From: Vulcanimicrobiota bacterium
GTDB taxonomy: Bacteria > Vulcanimicrobiota > Vulcanimicrobiia > Vulcanimicrobiales > Vulcanimicrobiaceae
DNA length: 64,000 nucleotides
Assembly: GCA_963755295.1 (NCBI GenBank)
Contig: CAVWIX010000001.1
Span: 6,411 to 70,410, forward strand
Direction: 5' to 3'
Numbering within the stretch: position 1 is the stretch's first letter; each line of letters opens with the position of its first letter. This document shows positions 43,071 to 53,727 of this stretch, piece by piece. The notes under the pieces were generated by a model that was not told the origin of the DNA, ran no database searches, and was given only the letters and a program-made list of their open reading frames with translations. A program made the translations under genes and the position numbers.

Positions 43071-45116
43071 TCAGGTGTCGACCAGTTCTGCCAGTGCCTT
43101 ATCGAAAATCTTCGGTGCCTTCCCGCCGAAGAGGAGCGATTCGGTGCCGCCGATCTGCTTGCGAAGCTCGATCAACTCGTCGCGGAGCGCCGCCGCCTTC
43201 TCGAACTCGAGGTTTACGGCCGCGTCTCGCATCTTGCGCTCGAGGTCGCGCGCCATCTTGAAGGCCACGTCGCGCGGCACCTTTTCGAGACGAAGCTTGG
43301 CGGTATTTTCCTGAGTGGCGCCGACCATGCTGAGGATGTCGTGGATCTGTTTTCGTATCGACTTCGGCTCGATGCCGTGCTCGCGATTGTAGCCGATCTG
43401 CATCTCACGGCGGCGGCGCGTCTCGCCGATCGCGCGCGCCATCGACTCGGTGACGACGTCGGCGTACATGATGACCTTCCCCTCGACGTTGCGCGAGGCT
43501 CGGCCGATCGTCTGTATCAGCGAGATGTTGTCGCGGAGGTAGCTCTCTTTGTCGGCGTCGAGAATTCCGACCAAAGAAACCTCGGGCAGGTCGAGGCCTT
43601 CGCGCAGCAGATTGATGCCGACGAGCACGTCGAAAACGCCGGCGCGCAAGTCGCGCAGAATTGCGACGCGTTCCAGCGTGTCGACCTCGCTGTGCAGGTA
43701 ACGCACCCGCAGGCCGTTCTCCAGCAAGAAATCGGTGAGATCCTCGGCCATCTTCTTAGTCAGCGTCGTCACCAGCACGCGTTCCCGACGGGCCGCGCGC
43801 TGCACGATCTCTTCCATGAGATCGTCGACCTGGTTGCGGGTCGGACGCACCTCCACTTCGGGATCGACCAATCCGGTCGGACGGATAATCATCTCCACGA
43901 CCTGCGTGCTCTGGTCGCGCTCGTACGGTCGAGGCGTCGCCGAAACGTAAATCGCCTGATTGATGTGCTCGTCGAACTCTTTGTTGGTTAGCGGACGATT
44001 GTCGAGAGCGCTGGGCAGCCGGAAGCCGTGCTCGACCAGGACCTCCTTGCGCGCCCGGTCGCCGGCATACATGCCGCGCACCTGCGGCAGCGTGACGTGC
44101 GACTCGTCGACGAAGAGCAGCCAGTCTTTGGGGAAGAAGTCGATGAGACACCACGGCGTCGAGCCGGGCTCGCGCCCGGTGAGGTGACGCGAGTAGTTCT
44201 CGATACCGTTGCAATAGCCGACCTCACGCAGCATGTCGAGATCGTAGCGCGTCCGCATTTCCAGCCGCTGCGCCTCGAGCAGCTTGCCGTGTCGCCGGAA
44301 ATAAGCCAGCCGCTCCTCCAGTTCTTCCTCGATCGAAACGACGGCGCGACGCAGCTTCTCGTCTGGCGTAATGAAATGCTTGGCCGGAAAGATCAGGAGC
44401 TCGGTCTTCTTTTCGACGTACTCGCCGGTGAGCAGGTTCACCACGTCGATCGACTCGATCTCATCGCCGAAGAAAGCGATGCGATGTACCAGTTCTTCTT
44501 CGACGCCGACAAACTCGAGCGTATCGCCCCGTACCCGAAAGGTACCGCGCACTAAGTTGATATCGTTGCGCCGGTACTGCATATCCACCAGTTTGCGCAA
44601 CAGCACGTCGCGATCGAGCGTCTCGCCGACGCGAACCCGCGCCGACATCTCCATGTAGTCGGAAGGCGAACCCAAACCGAAGATGCACGAGACCGAGGCA
44701 ACGATCAGCGTATCGCGCCGCGTCAACAGCGATTGCGTGGCCGAGTGTCGAAGGCGCTCGATCTCGTCGTTGATCGAGCTGTCTTTCTCGATGTAGGTGT
44801 CGGTCGAGGGCACGTACGCTTCGGGCTGATAGTAGTCGAAGTACGATACGAAATACTCGACCGCGTTATTCGGAAAAAAGTCGCGAAACTCGGCGCAGAG
44901 CTGCGCCGCCAGCGTCTTGTTGTGGCAGAGCACCAGCGTCGGCTTTTCGACCAGCTCGATGGTGCGCGCCATCGCCATCGTCTTGCCGCTGCCGGTGACG
45001 CCGAGCAGCGTCTGGGCCCGGTCGCCGCGCAAGACGCCGTGCGCCAAAGCCTCGGTCGCCTTCGGCTGATCGCCGGCGAGCGCGAAGGGAGAGACCAGGG
45101 TAAACTTCTGAGCCAC
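43071..45116 (-). CDS. uvrB: Excinuclease ABC subunit B
   Basis: The GTG at 45116 follows AAGGAAGG. F.LVSPF..AGDQP.A...L, GVTGSGKT, the helicase motifs, and a C-terminal UVR domain ([13 protein letters not shown]). Confidence 0.95.
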   Translation of the reverse strand: MAQKFTLVSPFALAGDQPKATEALAHGVLRGDRAQTLLGVTGSGKTMAMARTIELVEKPTLVLCHNKTLAAQLCAEFRDFFPNNAVEYFVSYFDYYQPEAYVPSTDTYIEKDSSINDEIERLRHSATQSLLTRRDTLIVASVSCIFGLGSPSDYMEMSARVRVGETLDRDVLLRKLVDMQYRRNDINLVRGTFRVRGDTLEFVGVEEELVHRIAFFGDEIESIDVVNLLTGEYVEKKTELLIFPAKHFITPDEKLRRAVVSIEEELEERLAYFRRHGKLLEAQRLEMRTRYDLDMLREVGYCNGIENYSRHLTGREPGSTPWCLIDFFPKDWLLFVDESHVTLPQVRGMYAGDRARKEVLVEHGFRLPSALDNRPLTNKEFDEHINQAIYVSATPRPYERDQSTQVVEMIIRPTGLVDPEVEVRPTRNQVDDLMEEIVQRAARRERVLVTTLTKKMAEDLTDFLLENGLRVRYLHSEVDTLERVAILRDLRAGVFDVLVGINLLREGLDLPEVSLVGILDADKESYLRDNISLIQTIGRASRNVEGKVIMYADVVTESMARAIGETRRRREMQIGYNREHGIEPKSIRKQIHDILSMVGATQENTAKLRLEKVPRDVAFKMARDLERKMRDAAVNLEFEKAAALRDELIELRKQIGGTESLLFGGKAPKIFDKALAELVDT

Positions 45117-45172
45117 GCCTTCCTTAAACAACCCCCGAGGGCCGAACGATTCAGCCAGCGAAACGAGCGAGC

Positions 45173-46183
45173 ATGCAACAGCCGCTGCTCTTCTGCGGAA
45201 ACTCCAATCCACAGTTGGCTGAGGAGATCGCCAAGCGCCTGCGCCTTCACGTCGGGAAAGCGCTGGTCTCGGAGTTCCGTAACGAAGAGACGCGGGTCGA
45301 AATCGGCGAGAACGTCCGCGGATCCGAGGTCTTCGTCGTCCAGTCGATCTGCAAAGCGCCCAACGGCAAGGGCGTCAACGACGCGGTCATGGAGCTGCTG
45401 CTGATGGTCGACGCGCTGCGCCGCGCGTCGGCGGCGCGGATTACCGCCGTGATCCCCTACTACGGATACGCCAAACAGGATAAAAAGACCAAAGGGCGCG
45501 AGCCGATCTCCGCCAAGGTCATCGCCAACCTTCTGAAAATCACCGGCGCCCGGCGGATCGTGACGATGGATTTGCACGCCGCACAGATTCAGGGCTTCTT
45601 CGACATTCCGGTGGACAATCTGATGGCGATGCCGGTGCTGTGCAACTACCTGAAAAAAGAGGGTCTTTGCGACGACAAGATCGTCGTAGTTTCCCCCGAT
45701 GCGGGCGGAGTGCATCGAGCGGAGCTTTTCGCCAAGCGGCTCAACTCGTCGCTCGCCATCGTCTTCAAGCGCCGACCCGAGCCCGACGTTTCTGAAGTTA
45801 CCGACATCGTCGGCAACGTCGACGGCAAGGTCGCGGTCGTCGTCGACGACATGATCTCGACCGGCGGCACGCTCGCCAAGGCGGCCGAAGCGATCAAGGC
45901 GCGCGGTGCGACCAGCGTTTTCACGGTGGCGTCGCACGGAATCTTCGCCGGCGAAGCGGTGGACGTGCTCGAGCAGTCCGAGATCGAGAAAGTGCTGTTT
46001 ACCAACACGATCCCGTTCGTAAACGGTACGTCGCATCCGAAGTTCGTGCAGCTCTCGATCGCCCAGATTTTTGCCGATGCGATCGCCCGCATCACCACCA
46101 ACCGCTCGGTTTCGGAACTCTTTGCCGGCGACGATACGGCCAACGGAGTCCTTGGAACCCCCGCCGAAATGGCGCCGGTCTAA
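45173..46183 (+). CDS. prs: Ribose-phosphate pyrophosphokinase
   Basis: [29 protein letters not shown] and [12 protein letters not shown]. Confidence 0.95.
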   Translation: MQQPLLFCGNSNPQLAEEIAKRLRLHVGKALVSEFRNEETRVEIGENVRGSEVFVVQSICKAPNGKGVNDAVMELLLMVDALRRASAARITAVIPYYGYAKQDKKTKGREPISAKVIANLLKITGARRIVTMDLHAAQIQGFFDIPVDNLMAMPVLCNYLKKEGLCDDKIVVVSPDAGGVHRAELFAKRLNSSLAIVFKRRPEPDVSEVTDIVGNVDGKVAVVVDDMISTGGTLAKAAEAIKARGATSVFTVASHGIFAGEAVDVLEQSEIEKVLFTNTIPFVNGTSHPKFVQLSIAQIFADAIARITTNRSVSELFAGDDTANGVLGTPAEMAPV

Positions 46184-46206
46184 GAACCGACTAGAGAAAG
46201 GACCCC

Positions 46207-46863
46207 GTGGCCAAACAGGAACTGCACCTCACCGTCGAGCGCCGCGAGAAGCTCGGCACGACCGGCTCGCACGCGTTGCGCGCCGCCGGTAAGCTTCCCG
46301 CCGTCCTCTACGGCCACGGCGCGGCGGCCGAGCATATCGCGCTCGACGCGCACGCCTTTGCCGACCTCATCCATCGCAGCGGGCGAAACGCCATCATCAC
46401 GCTGTCGGAGGGCGGCCGCAAGCGGCAGACCGCGATGGTTCGCGAGATCCAGTACCATCCGGTTTCGCGTCGCGTCATTCACGCCGACCTGCAGCGCGTT
46501 TCCGCCGACGAAGAAATTGCCGCGATGCTGGCGGTCGTCACCGTCGGCGTCGCCGACGGCGTGCGCAACGCCGGCGCGGTCATGGACGTGATCACGCACG
46601 AGATCGAGGTCGAAGGACCGGCCAGCCGCATCCCCGAGAACCTCGAGGTCGACGTTACGGCACTGGGCGTGCACGATCACGTCACTGCCGGCGACATCGC
46701 GCTCCCAAGCGGCTTCAAACTCGTGACGCCGGCCGATACCCTCGTCGTCACCATCGAGCCGTCGCGGACGGCGCGCGAGCTCGAAGAGGCCGCGGCCGGA
46801 CCCGAAGCGGCGCCCGAACCCGAGGTCATCGGAGCGACAGAATCCGACTCGTCGTCGGCTTAG
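46207..46863 (+). CDS. rplY: 50S ribosomal protein L25 / general stress protein Ctc
   Basis: L.V.RREKLGT.GS.ALRAAGKLPAVLYGHG and the acidic C-terminal tail typical of the long Ctc form. Confidence 0.9.
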   Translation: MAKQELHLTVERREKLGTTGSHALRAAGKLPAVLYGHGAAAEHIALDAHAFADLIHRSGRNAIITLSEGGRKRQTAMVREIQYHPVSRRVIHADLQRVSADEEIAAMLAVVTVGVADGVRNAGAVMDVITHEIEVEGPASRIPENLEVDVTALGVHDHVTAGDIALPSGFKLVTPADTLVVTIEPSRTARELEEAAAGPEAAPEPEVIGATESDSSSA

Positions 46864-47405
46864 GAAATCCGGGCTCGGAATACGCCTCGACCCGTCACAA
46901 CGTCGGCTTCATGGTCGTCGACGAAGTGGCGCGCCGATACGGCGTCGACTCGTGGAAGCGGCGCGACAGCGCGATGCAGGCGCGCGACGTCGCGCACGAT
47001 GCCGTCTTCGTAAAGCCGACTTCGTTTATGAACCTTTCCGGTGCGCCCGTGCGCTTGATCTCGTCGTGGTATCGCACGCCGCCCGCGAACGTGCTCGTGG
47101 TGAGCGACGACATGGATCTTCGTTACGGTAAGTTACGCATGCGTCCGGCCGGCGGTCACGGCGGACACAACGGACTGCGTTCGGTGATCGCGACCATCGG
47201 CGAGGGGTTTCCACGCCTTCGCGTCGGCGTCGGGCGCCCCGAGTACGACGGCATCGACCACGTCCTGGCGCCCTTCAACGAGACGGAGCGCGACGCGCTC
47301 CCGGCAATCGTTGCGGCTGCGGCCGACGGCGTCGAAAAATGGCTGGACGAGGGCGTCGACGCAGCGATGCGCTACGTCAACACCTGGGAGCCTGCCGCCT
47401 CCTAG
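46842..47405 (+). CDS. pth: Peptidyl-tRNA hydrolase; proposed non-canonical ATC start at 46842 (first ATG is 46911)
   Basis: The conserved N-terminus (I)RLVVGLGNPGSEYASTRHNVGF lies upstream of the first ATG in the same frame. GGAG lies 7 nt upstream of ATC 46842. Downstream, GHGGHNGLRS. Confidence 0.75.
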   Translation: MRLVVGLGNPGSEYASTRHNVGFMVVDEVARRYGVDSWKRRDSAMQARDVAHDAVFVKPTSFMNLSGAPVRLISSWYRTPPANVLVVSDDMDLRYGKLRMRPAGGHGGHNGLRSVIATIGEGFPRLRVGVGRPEYDGIDHVLAPFNETERDALPAIVAAAADGVEKWLDEGVDAAMRYVNTWEPAAS

Positions 47406-48661
47406 GGGCAGCCGCTGGGAACGTGGTTGATGGCGGCGATGCGCTCGCCGATGCCGGGCTCGGTATAAAGGAACAGCGTAGCCGCCTTTTCGGGGCAGAC
47501 TTCTTCCATCTGCTGGTCCGTCGAGCGCACCAGGGCGCGCACGGCCGCTGCGGAATTGCCGGTTAGGGCGACGGCGTAACGGTTCGCTCCGAGATCGTAA
47601 GAACGCAGCGCCGCATTTCGCACCGGAACCGCGACGATATAAACCAGCGCAAAGAGTGCGCCGACGAGGGCCAGGCGCGAGAGCGGATCGTCGTCGCGGC
47701 GGAATCGAATCCGATCGGCGAGCACGACGGCCAGCGCGGCGAAGACGATCACGACACCGCCCTGAATTAGCGCGATCTCGAAGAGGTCGTGACGCGCCAT
47801 CTTGCTGAGGTCGTAAGCGACTTCGTACTCGATTTCTTCCGGGGTGCCGCCGGCGATCAGGGTATCGGTCAGTTGAATGCGCCGCGACGCGCCCAAACCC
47901 AGGACTTCCGCTTCACCCAACGGCGTGTTGCCGGCGCTGGCAACGTAGATCGCGACGTTGGGAAGCTTGGCTCGTTCGACCAGCGCGTGCAGCCGCGGCC
48001 CAAGCGGGCCGGAGATCGGATGCACGGCGAAGGGCGATTGAATGTACGGCGCGGCGTACGACCAGCCGGCGCTCACCGCCAGAATGCCGACGATCGTATA
48101 GACGTACCATTGGTGCGTCCGCGAAGCCAGCCAGAGAACCGTCGCGGCAATGAGACCGGCGGCGATCATGGCCAACAGCGTGTGGTAAATCCAGAAGACA
48201 AACCAGAAGCGCGTTAGCTCGAACGTAACGTCGAGCGCGCGGTCGACGCGGTAGAGATAGAAGGCAGGAACGAACGACGCGAGCCGCGCGACCAGCGCCA
48301 GCGACGCGCCAAAAAGAAAGCGCACCAGCCACTCCGAGCGGATGCGGCGGCGCAGCCAGTCCCGCAGCGACGCGGCGCCGCCGGTCGTCCACAGATAAAA
48401 GAGCGCCAGCGCCTGGGCGATCGGGATGAGCAGCCAGCCGACGAGCGTCCAGTGAGCGCGCCGCACCGCCGCCCCTTGGCGCGCCGGGTCAACCAGCGCG
48501 GTCGCCGGTTCGCTCAGCAAGGTCTGTGGGGTTAGCGAATCGACGCGGCGGTCGAGGGCATTGGGACGTACCATCCCAGCCGATGCAACGCCTCCGAGCA
48601 GCAGCACCAACGCCGCCAATGGAATTACCAGGCAAAGGCACCTGAGCGCTCGCGACGCCAT
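47402..48661 (-). CDS. Multi-pass membrane protein resembling M48/Ste24-type peptidases but lacking the HExxH motif
   Basis: LPNVAIYVASAGNTPLGEAEVLGLGASRRIQLTDTLIAGGTPEEIEYEVAYDLSKMARHD parallels the M48 block ...YV.DGS.R....NA...G....RIVL.DTL......EI.AVLAHELGH....H. YDLSK stands in place of HELGH. Confidence 0.55.
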   Translation of the reverse strand: MASRALRCLCLVIPLAALVLLLGGVASAGMVRPNALDRRVDSLTPQTLLSEPATALVDPARQGAAVRRAHWTLVGWLLIPIAQALALFYLWTTGGAASLRDWLRRRIRSEWLVRFLFGASLALVARLASFVPAFYLYRVDRALDVTFELTRFWFVFWIYHTLLAMIAAGLIAATVLWLASRTHQWYVYTIVGILAVSAGWSYAAPYIQSPFAVHPISGPLGPRLHALVERAKLPNVAIYVASAGNTPLGEAEVLGLGASRRIQLTDTLIAGGTPEEIEYEVAYDLSKMARHDLFEIALIQGGVVIVFAALAVVLADRIRFRRDDDPLSRLALVGALFALVYIVAVPVRNAALRSYDLGANRYAVALTGNSAAAVRALVRSTDQQMEEVCPEKAATLFLYTEPGIGERIAAINHVPSGCP

Positions 48662-48717
48662 GGGAGCCGGACTTCGCGGCGGGACCGGGGAGTCCGTCGG
48701 CGTGCGGTAGGCTCCGG

Positions 48718-50061
48718 CTACTTTTTCGGAAGCGAGCGTGCCGGATTTCCCGCGACGCGCTCGCCTTCGGGAACGTCCTTCGTAACGACCGAGCCGGCGC
48801 CGGTGAGTGCGTCGTCGCCGACGGTGACCGGCGCAACTAGCGACGTGTTCGAACCGATCGAAACCCGCCGTCCGATCGTCGTCGGATTTTTCTTGGTGCC
48901 GTCGTAGTTGCAGGTAATCGTGCCGGCTCCCACATTCGTGTCTTCGCCGACGGTCGCGTCTCCCAGATAGGATAGATGGCTCACCTTGACGCCTGGCGCG
49001 AGCTTCGACTTCTTGATCTCCACGAAATTGCCGACGTGCACGCGATCGGCGAGGACCGTCTCGCCGCGCAGATGAGCGAAGGGGCCGATGGTCACGTCGC
49101 CGCCGGTTTCCGAGTCGATGACGACGCTTTCCCGGAGCGTAACGCGATTGCCCAGGCGCGCATTGGAGAGACGCGCGTTCGGCCCGATCGTGCAGGACTT
49201 TCCGATACGGGAGAGGCGCGAGATCGTGGTATTGGGATAGATCACCGTGTCGTTGCCGATCTCCAGCTCGGGCTCGAGATAGGTCGCTTGCGGATCGATG
49301 ATGGTAACGCCGTCGCGCATGTGCTGGGCGCAGATGCGCGCATTCATCTCGCGACGTGCCTGCGCGAGCTCGACGCGGTCGTTAATCCCGAGCACCTCAA
49401 GGTGGTCCGTCGCGACGACCGGCGCAACGCGCCGTCCGGAGTTGACGAAGTCGGCGACGGTATCGGTCAAATAGTATTCCGCTTGAGCGTTGTCGGGACG
49501 CAACCGCGTCACGGCCTCGCGCAGCGAGGCCTCGTCGAAGGCGTAGATGCCGGCGTTCATCTCGTCGATTTCGAGCTCGTCCGGCGTTGCGTCGCGCACT
49601 TCGACGATGCGTTCGACGCTCGTACCGCGGCGGACGATGCGCCCGAAGTTCGAAGGCAACGGCATCATCACCGTGACGAGAGCCATCGAGGCGTCCGTCG
49701 CGTCCGGCGCGTCGAGCGTTTCGATCGTTGCGCGCAGCAGCTCTTGCGTTACCAGCGGCATGTCGCCGCAGGTCACGACGATCCGCCCGCCCTCGTGCGG
49801 ATCGAGGTGGTCGAGCGCGACTTTGACGGCGTGGCCGGTACCCAACTGCTCGGCTTGCAGGACGGTCGCGACGTTGAAACCCGCGATCTCCCCTTCGAGC
49901 TCGGCGTTGACGACGACGAGAATCTCTCCCACGCCGGCGCCGCGCAGTGCGCGGATCACGTACCAAAGCATCGGCCGGCCGCAGACCTCGTGAAGCACCT
50001 TGGAGCGCGCGCTCTTCATGCGCGTCCCCCTGCCTGCCGCCAAGACGACGGCGCGGATCAT
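48718..50061 (-). CDS. glmU: Bifunctional UDP-N-acetylglucosamine diphosphorylase / glucosamine-1-phosphate N-acetyltransferase
   Basis: The ATG at 50061 gives MIRAVVLAAGRGTRMKS..SKVLH, followed by left-handed beta-helix hexapeptide repeats in the C-terminal half. The upstream 188 codons of the tracked ORF overlap gltX and are rejected. Confidence 0.93.
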   Translation of the reverse strand: MIRAVVLAAGRGTRMKSARSKVLHEVCGRPMLWYVIRALRGAGVGEILVVVNAELEGEIAGFNVATVLQAEQLGTGHAVKVALDHLDPHEGGRIVVTCGDMPLVTQELLRATIETLDAPDATDASMALVTVMMPLPSNFGRIVRRGTSVERIVEVRDATPDELEIDEMNAGIYAFDEASLREAVTRLRPDNAQAEYYLTDTVADFVNSGRRVAPVVATDHLEVLGINDRVELAQARREMNARICAQHMRDGVTIIDPQATYLEPELEIGNDTVIYPNTTISRLSRIGKSCTIGPNARLSNARLGNRVTLRESVVIDSETGGDVTIGPFAHLRGETVLADRVHVGNFVEIKKSKLAPGVKVSHLSYLGDATVGEDTNVGAGTITCNYDGTKKNPTTIGRRVSIGSNTSLVAPVTVGDDALTGAGSVVTKDVPEGERVAGNPARSLPKK

Positions 50062-51509
50062 GCGGTCACCGCCTGTCGCTTGAGCAGCGCGAGCGCGTCG
50101 CGCAGCCGCTCGCGCACCAGATCGCGTCCGAGCAGCTCCATCGAGTCGTAGAGCGGAATCGAGGTCGGACTTCCCGCGATCGCGACGTAGAAGGGGCGCG
50201 CTACCTCGCGCACTTTCTTCTCGAGCCGCTCGGCGACGCTCTTGATCGCCGTTTCGACGGCGAACGCGTTCCAAGCCGGAAGAGCGTCGAACGCCTCCAG
50301 CGCCATTTCGAAGGCGCGGCGCATCTCCGTTTCGTCGAGCTTGACGCCGCGAAAGTCTTGCGGCTGCAGCGCCAAACGCCCCGAAAAAAGAAAGGCCAGC
50401 AGCGGACCCAAATCGCTGAGCCGCTCGACGCGCGGCGCGGCGAGCTCCGCCATCCGGGTCAAACGCTCGGGCGTGACGGCCCACTCCGTTGCGCGCCGCG
50501 CGAACGATTCGGGGTCGAGGCGCTCGCGCAGATAGCGGCCGTTGAGCCAATCGAGCTTGGCGAAGTCGAAGACCGGACCGCCGATCGGTACGTGCTCCAC
50601 CTCGAATCGGCGCACGATGGCGCAAAGATCCATCAGCTCGTCTTCACCGTCGCGCGCGGCGTTTGCGAGCAGCGCCAAAAAATTGAGCAGCGCTTCGGGC
50701 AGATAGCCCATCGCGCGAAAGAATAGGATCCCCGTCGGATTGCGGCGTTTGCTCAGCTTGCTCTTATCGGGATTGCGCAGCAGCGGCAGATGCATCATCT
50801 TCGGCGGCGTCCAGCCGAAGTAACGGTAGAGCAGCAGGTGCTTGGGCGCGCTCGAGACCCACTCTTCGCCGCGAAAAACGTGGGTAATCTCCATCAAGTG
50901 ATCGTCGACGACGTTGGCGAGGTGATAGGTCGGCAGGCCGTCGGACTTCATCAGGACCTGCATGTCGACGCTGCGCCATTCGAACTCGATCGGTCCGCGC
51001 CGCATATCCTCGACGATGCAGACGCCCTCGTCGGGAACCCGTAGCCGTATGACGTACGGTTCCCCGGCAGCCTCGCGCCGCGCGATCTCTTGCGGCGAGT
51101 AACTCAGGCACAACCCGTCGTAGCGTGAAGGCCGGCCGGCCGCTCGCTGCGCGACGCGCATCTCCTCGAGTCGCTCTTGCGTGCAGAAACATTTGAAGGC
51201 ATGACCGCCTGCCAGCAGCTTGCCGGCATATTCGCGGTAGATGCTCGAGCGTTCGCTTTGACGGTACGGTCCGTGCGGACCGCCGACGTCTGGGCCTTCG
51301 TCCCACTCCAGTCCGCACCAGCGCAGCGCCTCGAGGATGACCCGCTCGCTCTCGGCCGTGCTGCGGGCGCGATCGGTGTCTTCGATGCGCAGCACAAACT
51401 CGCCGCCGTGCCGGCGCGCGAAACAATAGTTGACCAGTGCGACGTACGCCGTGCCAACGTGCGGATCGCCGGTCGGCGACGGCGCGACGCGGGTGCGAAC
51501 CTTATCCAA
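50058..51509 (-). CDS. gltX: Glutamate--tRNA ligase; start proposed at TTG 51509
   Basis: VRTRVAPSPTGDPHVGTAY.AL.N..FAR..GG.F.LRIEDTD (HIGH region) and KLSKR (KMSKS-type). Confidence 0.92.
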   Translation of the reverse strand: MDKVRTRVAPSPTGDPHVGTAYVALVNYCFARRHGGEFVLRIEDTDRARSTAESERVILEALRWCGLEWDEGPDVGGPHGPYRQSERSSIYREYAGKLLAGGHAFKCFCTQERLEEMRVAQRAAGRPSRYDGLCLSYSPQEIARREAAGEPYVIRLRVPDEGVCIVEDMRRGPIEFEWRSVDMQVLMKSDGLPTYHLANVVDDHLMEITHVFRGEEWVSSAPKHLLLYRYFGWTPPKMMHLPLLRNPDKSKLSKRRNPTGILFFRAMGYLPEALLNFLALLANAARDGEDELMDLCAIVRRFEVEHVPIGGPVFDFAKLDWLNGRYLRERLDPESFARRATEWAVTPERLTRMAELAAPRVERLSDLGPLLAFLFSGRLALQPQDFRGVKLDETEMRRAFEMALEAFDALPAWNAFAVETAIKSVAERLEKKVREVARPFYVAIAGSPTSIPLYDSMELLGRDLVRERLRDALALLKRQAVTA

Positions 51510-51918
51510 CCAGAGCTCTTCGCTTACCGCATTCGCGCTGTACGAAGTCGATGATATCCTGCAGCGGGGCGCCGGGCGTAAAGATTTCGCGCACTCCGAG
51601 TTCTTTGAGCCGCTGCGCGTCTTCCGCCGGAATCGTTCCACCGCCGAAAAAAACGATGTCGCCGGCGTTCTGCGCCCGCAATTGCTCGACGACCAGCGGG
51701 AAGAGCGTCATGTGCGCGCCCGAGAGAATCGAGAGGCCTATGCCGTCGGCATCCTCTTGGATCGCGGTCTGGACGATCTGCTCGGGAGTTTGGAAGAGGC
51801 CGGTGTAGATGACCTCCATTCCCGCGTCGCGCAGCGCGCGCGCGATCACCTTGGCGCCGCGGTCGTGCCCGTCGAGACCGGCTTTAGCGACGACGATGCG
51901 TAAGGGCCGCTCGTTCAT
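51502..51918 (-). CDS. Methylmalonyl-CoA mutase, cobalamin-binding small subunit
   Basis: The B12-binding signature GLDGHDRGAKV (DxHxxG) and ...GIGLSILSGAH.... Confidence 0.9.
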   Translation of the reverse strand: MNERPLRIVVAKAGLDGHDRGAKVIARALRDAGMEVIYTGLFQTPEQIVQTAIQEDADGIGLSILSGAHMTLFPLVVEQLRAQNAGDIVFFGGGTIPAEDAQRLKELGVREIFTPGAPLQDIIDFVQRECGKRRALVG

Positions 51919-52058
51919 TTCTTTGCTCGTTGAGATGCCGGCTGAGATGCAGCGCTTCCTCCAGTTTGACCTTCACCTCGGAAAGCGTGCGGCGCATGCG
52001 ATAGAGTTCGATCTCGGTCCGGCGGCGCAGGCTGTGTTTGTGACGGCTCATCGGTGCG

Positions 52059-53690
52059 CTACAGTACCGCCTTCTCCGTGTACCGCCCGTAGACCGCCGC
52101 CATCGCTTCGACGATCTCACCCTCGGTGCAGTAGGCGTTGACGCAGTCGATGAGATGCGGCATCAGATTCTCTTTCGGATCGCGGCAGGCCGCTTGCAGG
52201 CGCTCCAGCGCCGGACCGACGGGAGCCGGATCGCGCGTCTCGCGCACCGACTGCACCGACCGCGCCTGTGCGCGCTCGGTCTCTGCGGTGATCTTGAGCA
52301 GGTCGGCGGGCTGCGCCTCGTCTTCGCGGACGAACGCGTTCACCCCGACGATGACGCGGTCTTTGGTCTCGATGGAGCGCTGGTAGCGATAGCTCGCCTC
52401 GGCAATCTCGCGCTGGAAAAAGCCCGCCTCGATGGCTTCGATGACGCCGCCGTATTCGGCGATCTGCGCGAAGTACGATTCGGCTTGACGCTCCATCTCG
52501 TCGGTCAGCGCCTCGACGAAATAGGAGCCGCCCAGCGGGTCGACGACGTTGGTGACGTTGGTCTCGTAGGCCAGCACTTGCTGCGTGCGCAGGGCGATCT
52601 CCACCGACTTCTCGGATGGCAGCGCCAGCACTTCGTCCATCGAGTTGGTGTGCAGCGATTGGGTTCCACCGAGTACCGCGGCCATCGCTTCGAAGGCGAC
52701 GCGGACGATGTTGTTCTCGGGCTGCTGCGCGGTGGCGCTGCAGCCGGCCGTCTGCGTGTGAAAGCGTAGCTGCCACGAGCGCGGATCGCGCGCGCCGTAC
52801 TTCTCGCGCATTTGGCGCGAATAGATGCGGCGCGCGGCTCGGAATTTCGCGATCTCTTCGAAGAAATCGATGTGAGAGTTGAAAAAGAACGAAAGGCGCG
52901 GCGCGAATGAGTCGACGTCCATGCCGGCGGCCATGCAGGCCTCGACGTAGGCGAAGCCGTCGGCCAGCGTAAAGGCCAGCTCCTGCGCCGCCGTCGATCC
53001 GGCTTCGCGGATATGGTAGCCGGATATCGAGATCGTATTCCACTTCGGCATCTCGCGCGTGCAGAAGTCGATCATGTCGACGATGATGCGCATGTGCGGT
53101 CGTGGTGGGAAGATCCACTCCTTTTGCGCGATATACTCTTTGAGAATGTCGGCTTGAATCGTGCCGCCGAGCTTGGCGCGCGGAATCCCCTTCTTCTCCG
53201 CGGCGGCTACGTATTGGGCCAACGCGATGCAAGCCGGGCCGTTGATCGTCATCGAGGTGGTGATGTCGCCCATATCGATGCCGTCGAAGAGCACCTCCAT
53301 GTCGGCCAGCGAATCGATCGCCACGCCGCACTTGCCGACCTCGCCGCGCGATTGCGCGGCGTCGGAGTCGTAGCCCATTAGCGTCGGCATGTCGAAAGCA
53401 ACCGAGAGCCCGTGCTGACCGTGCTCGAGCAGGAAGTGATACCGCTCGTTGGTCTGCGCGGCGGTGCCGAAACCGGCGAACTGACGCATCGTCCACAGGC
53501 GGTCTCGATAGCCGTTGCGATGGATGCCGCGAGTATAGGGATAGTCGCCGGGCGCCGCCGTATCGGCCGCGACCGAGTCTAGCGGTCCGTAGACGACTTT
53601 TAACGGAACGTCGGAAATCGTGCGGTCGACCGCACCGGAACCCGGACCGTGCCGCGCCCACCCGCTCGGGCGCTCGATCATCTTGGCCAT
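52059..53690 (-). CDS. Methylmalonyl-CoA mutase, large (catalytic, TIM-barrel) subunit
   Basis: YPYTRGI......[30 protein letters not shown] and the full-length pattern. Confidence 0.93.
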   Translation of the reverse strand: MAKMIERPSGWARHGPGSGAVDRTISDVPLKVVYGPLDSVAADTAAPGDYPYTRGIHRNGYRDRLWTMRQFAGFGTAAQTNERYHFLLEHGQHGLSVAFDMPTLMGYDSDAAQSRGEVGKCGVAIDSLADMEVLFDGIDMGDITTSMTINGPACIALAQYVAAAEKKGIPRAKLGGTIQADILKEYIAQKEWIFPPRPHMRIIVDMIDFCTREMPKWNTISISGYHIREAGSTAAQELAFTLADGFAYVEACMAAGMDVDSFAPRLSFFFNSHIDFFEEIAKFRAARRIYSRQMREKYGARDPRSWQLRFHTQTAGCSATAQQPENNIVRVAFEAMAAVLGGTQSLHTNSMDEVLALPSEKSVEIALRTQQVLAYETNVTNVVDPLGGSYFVEALTDEMERQAESYFAQIAEYGGVIEAIEAGFFQREIAEASYRYQRSIETKDRVIVGVNAFVREDEAQPADLLKITAETERAQARSVQSVRETRDPAPVGPALERLQAACRDPKENLMPHLIDCVNAYCTEGEIVEAMAAVYGRYTEKAVL

Positions 53691-53727
53691 AGCGGCCGAG
53701 TTTTTCGACGCCGGGGGCTATTTCTCC

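Noticed and set aside
44723-46036. 437-aa ORF on the minus strand
   Set aside because: It overlaps the 5' part of uvrB in another frame and is antisense to prs. No motifs were found, so it is a shadow ORF.
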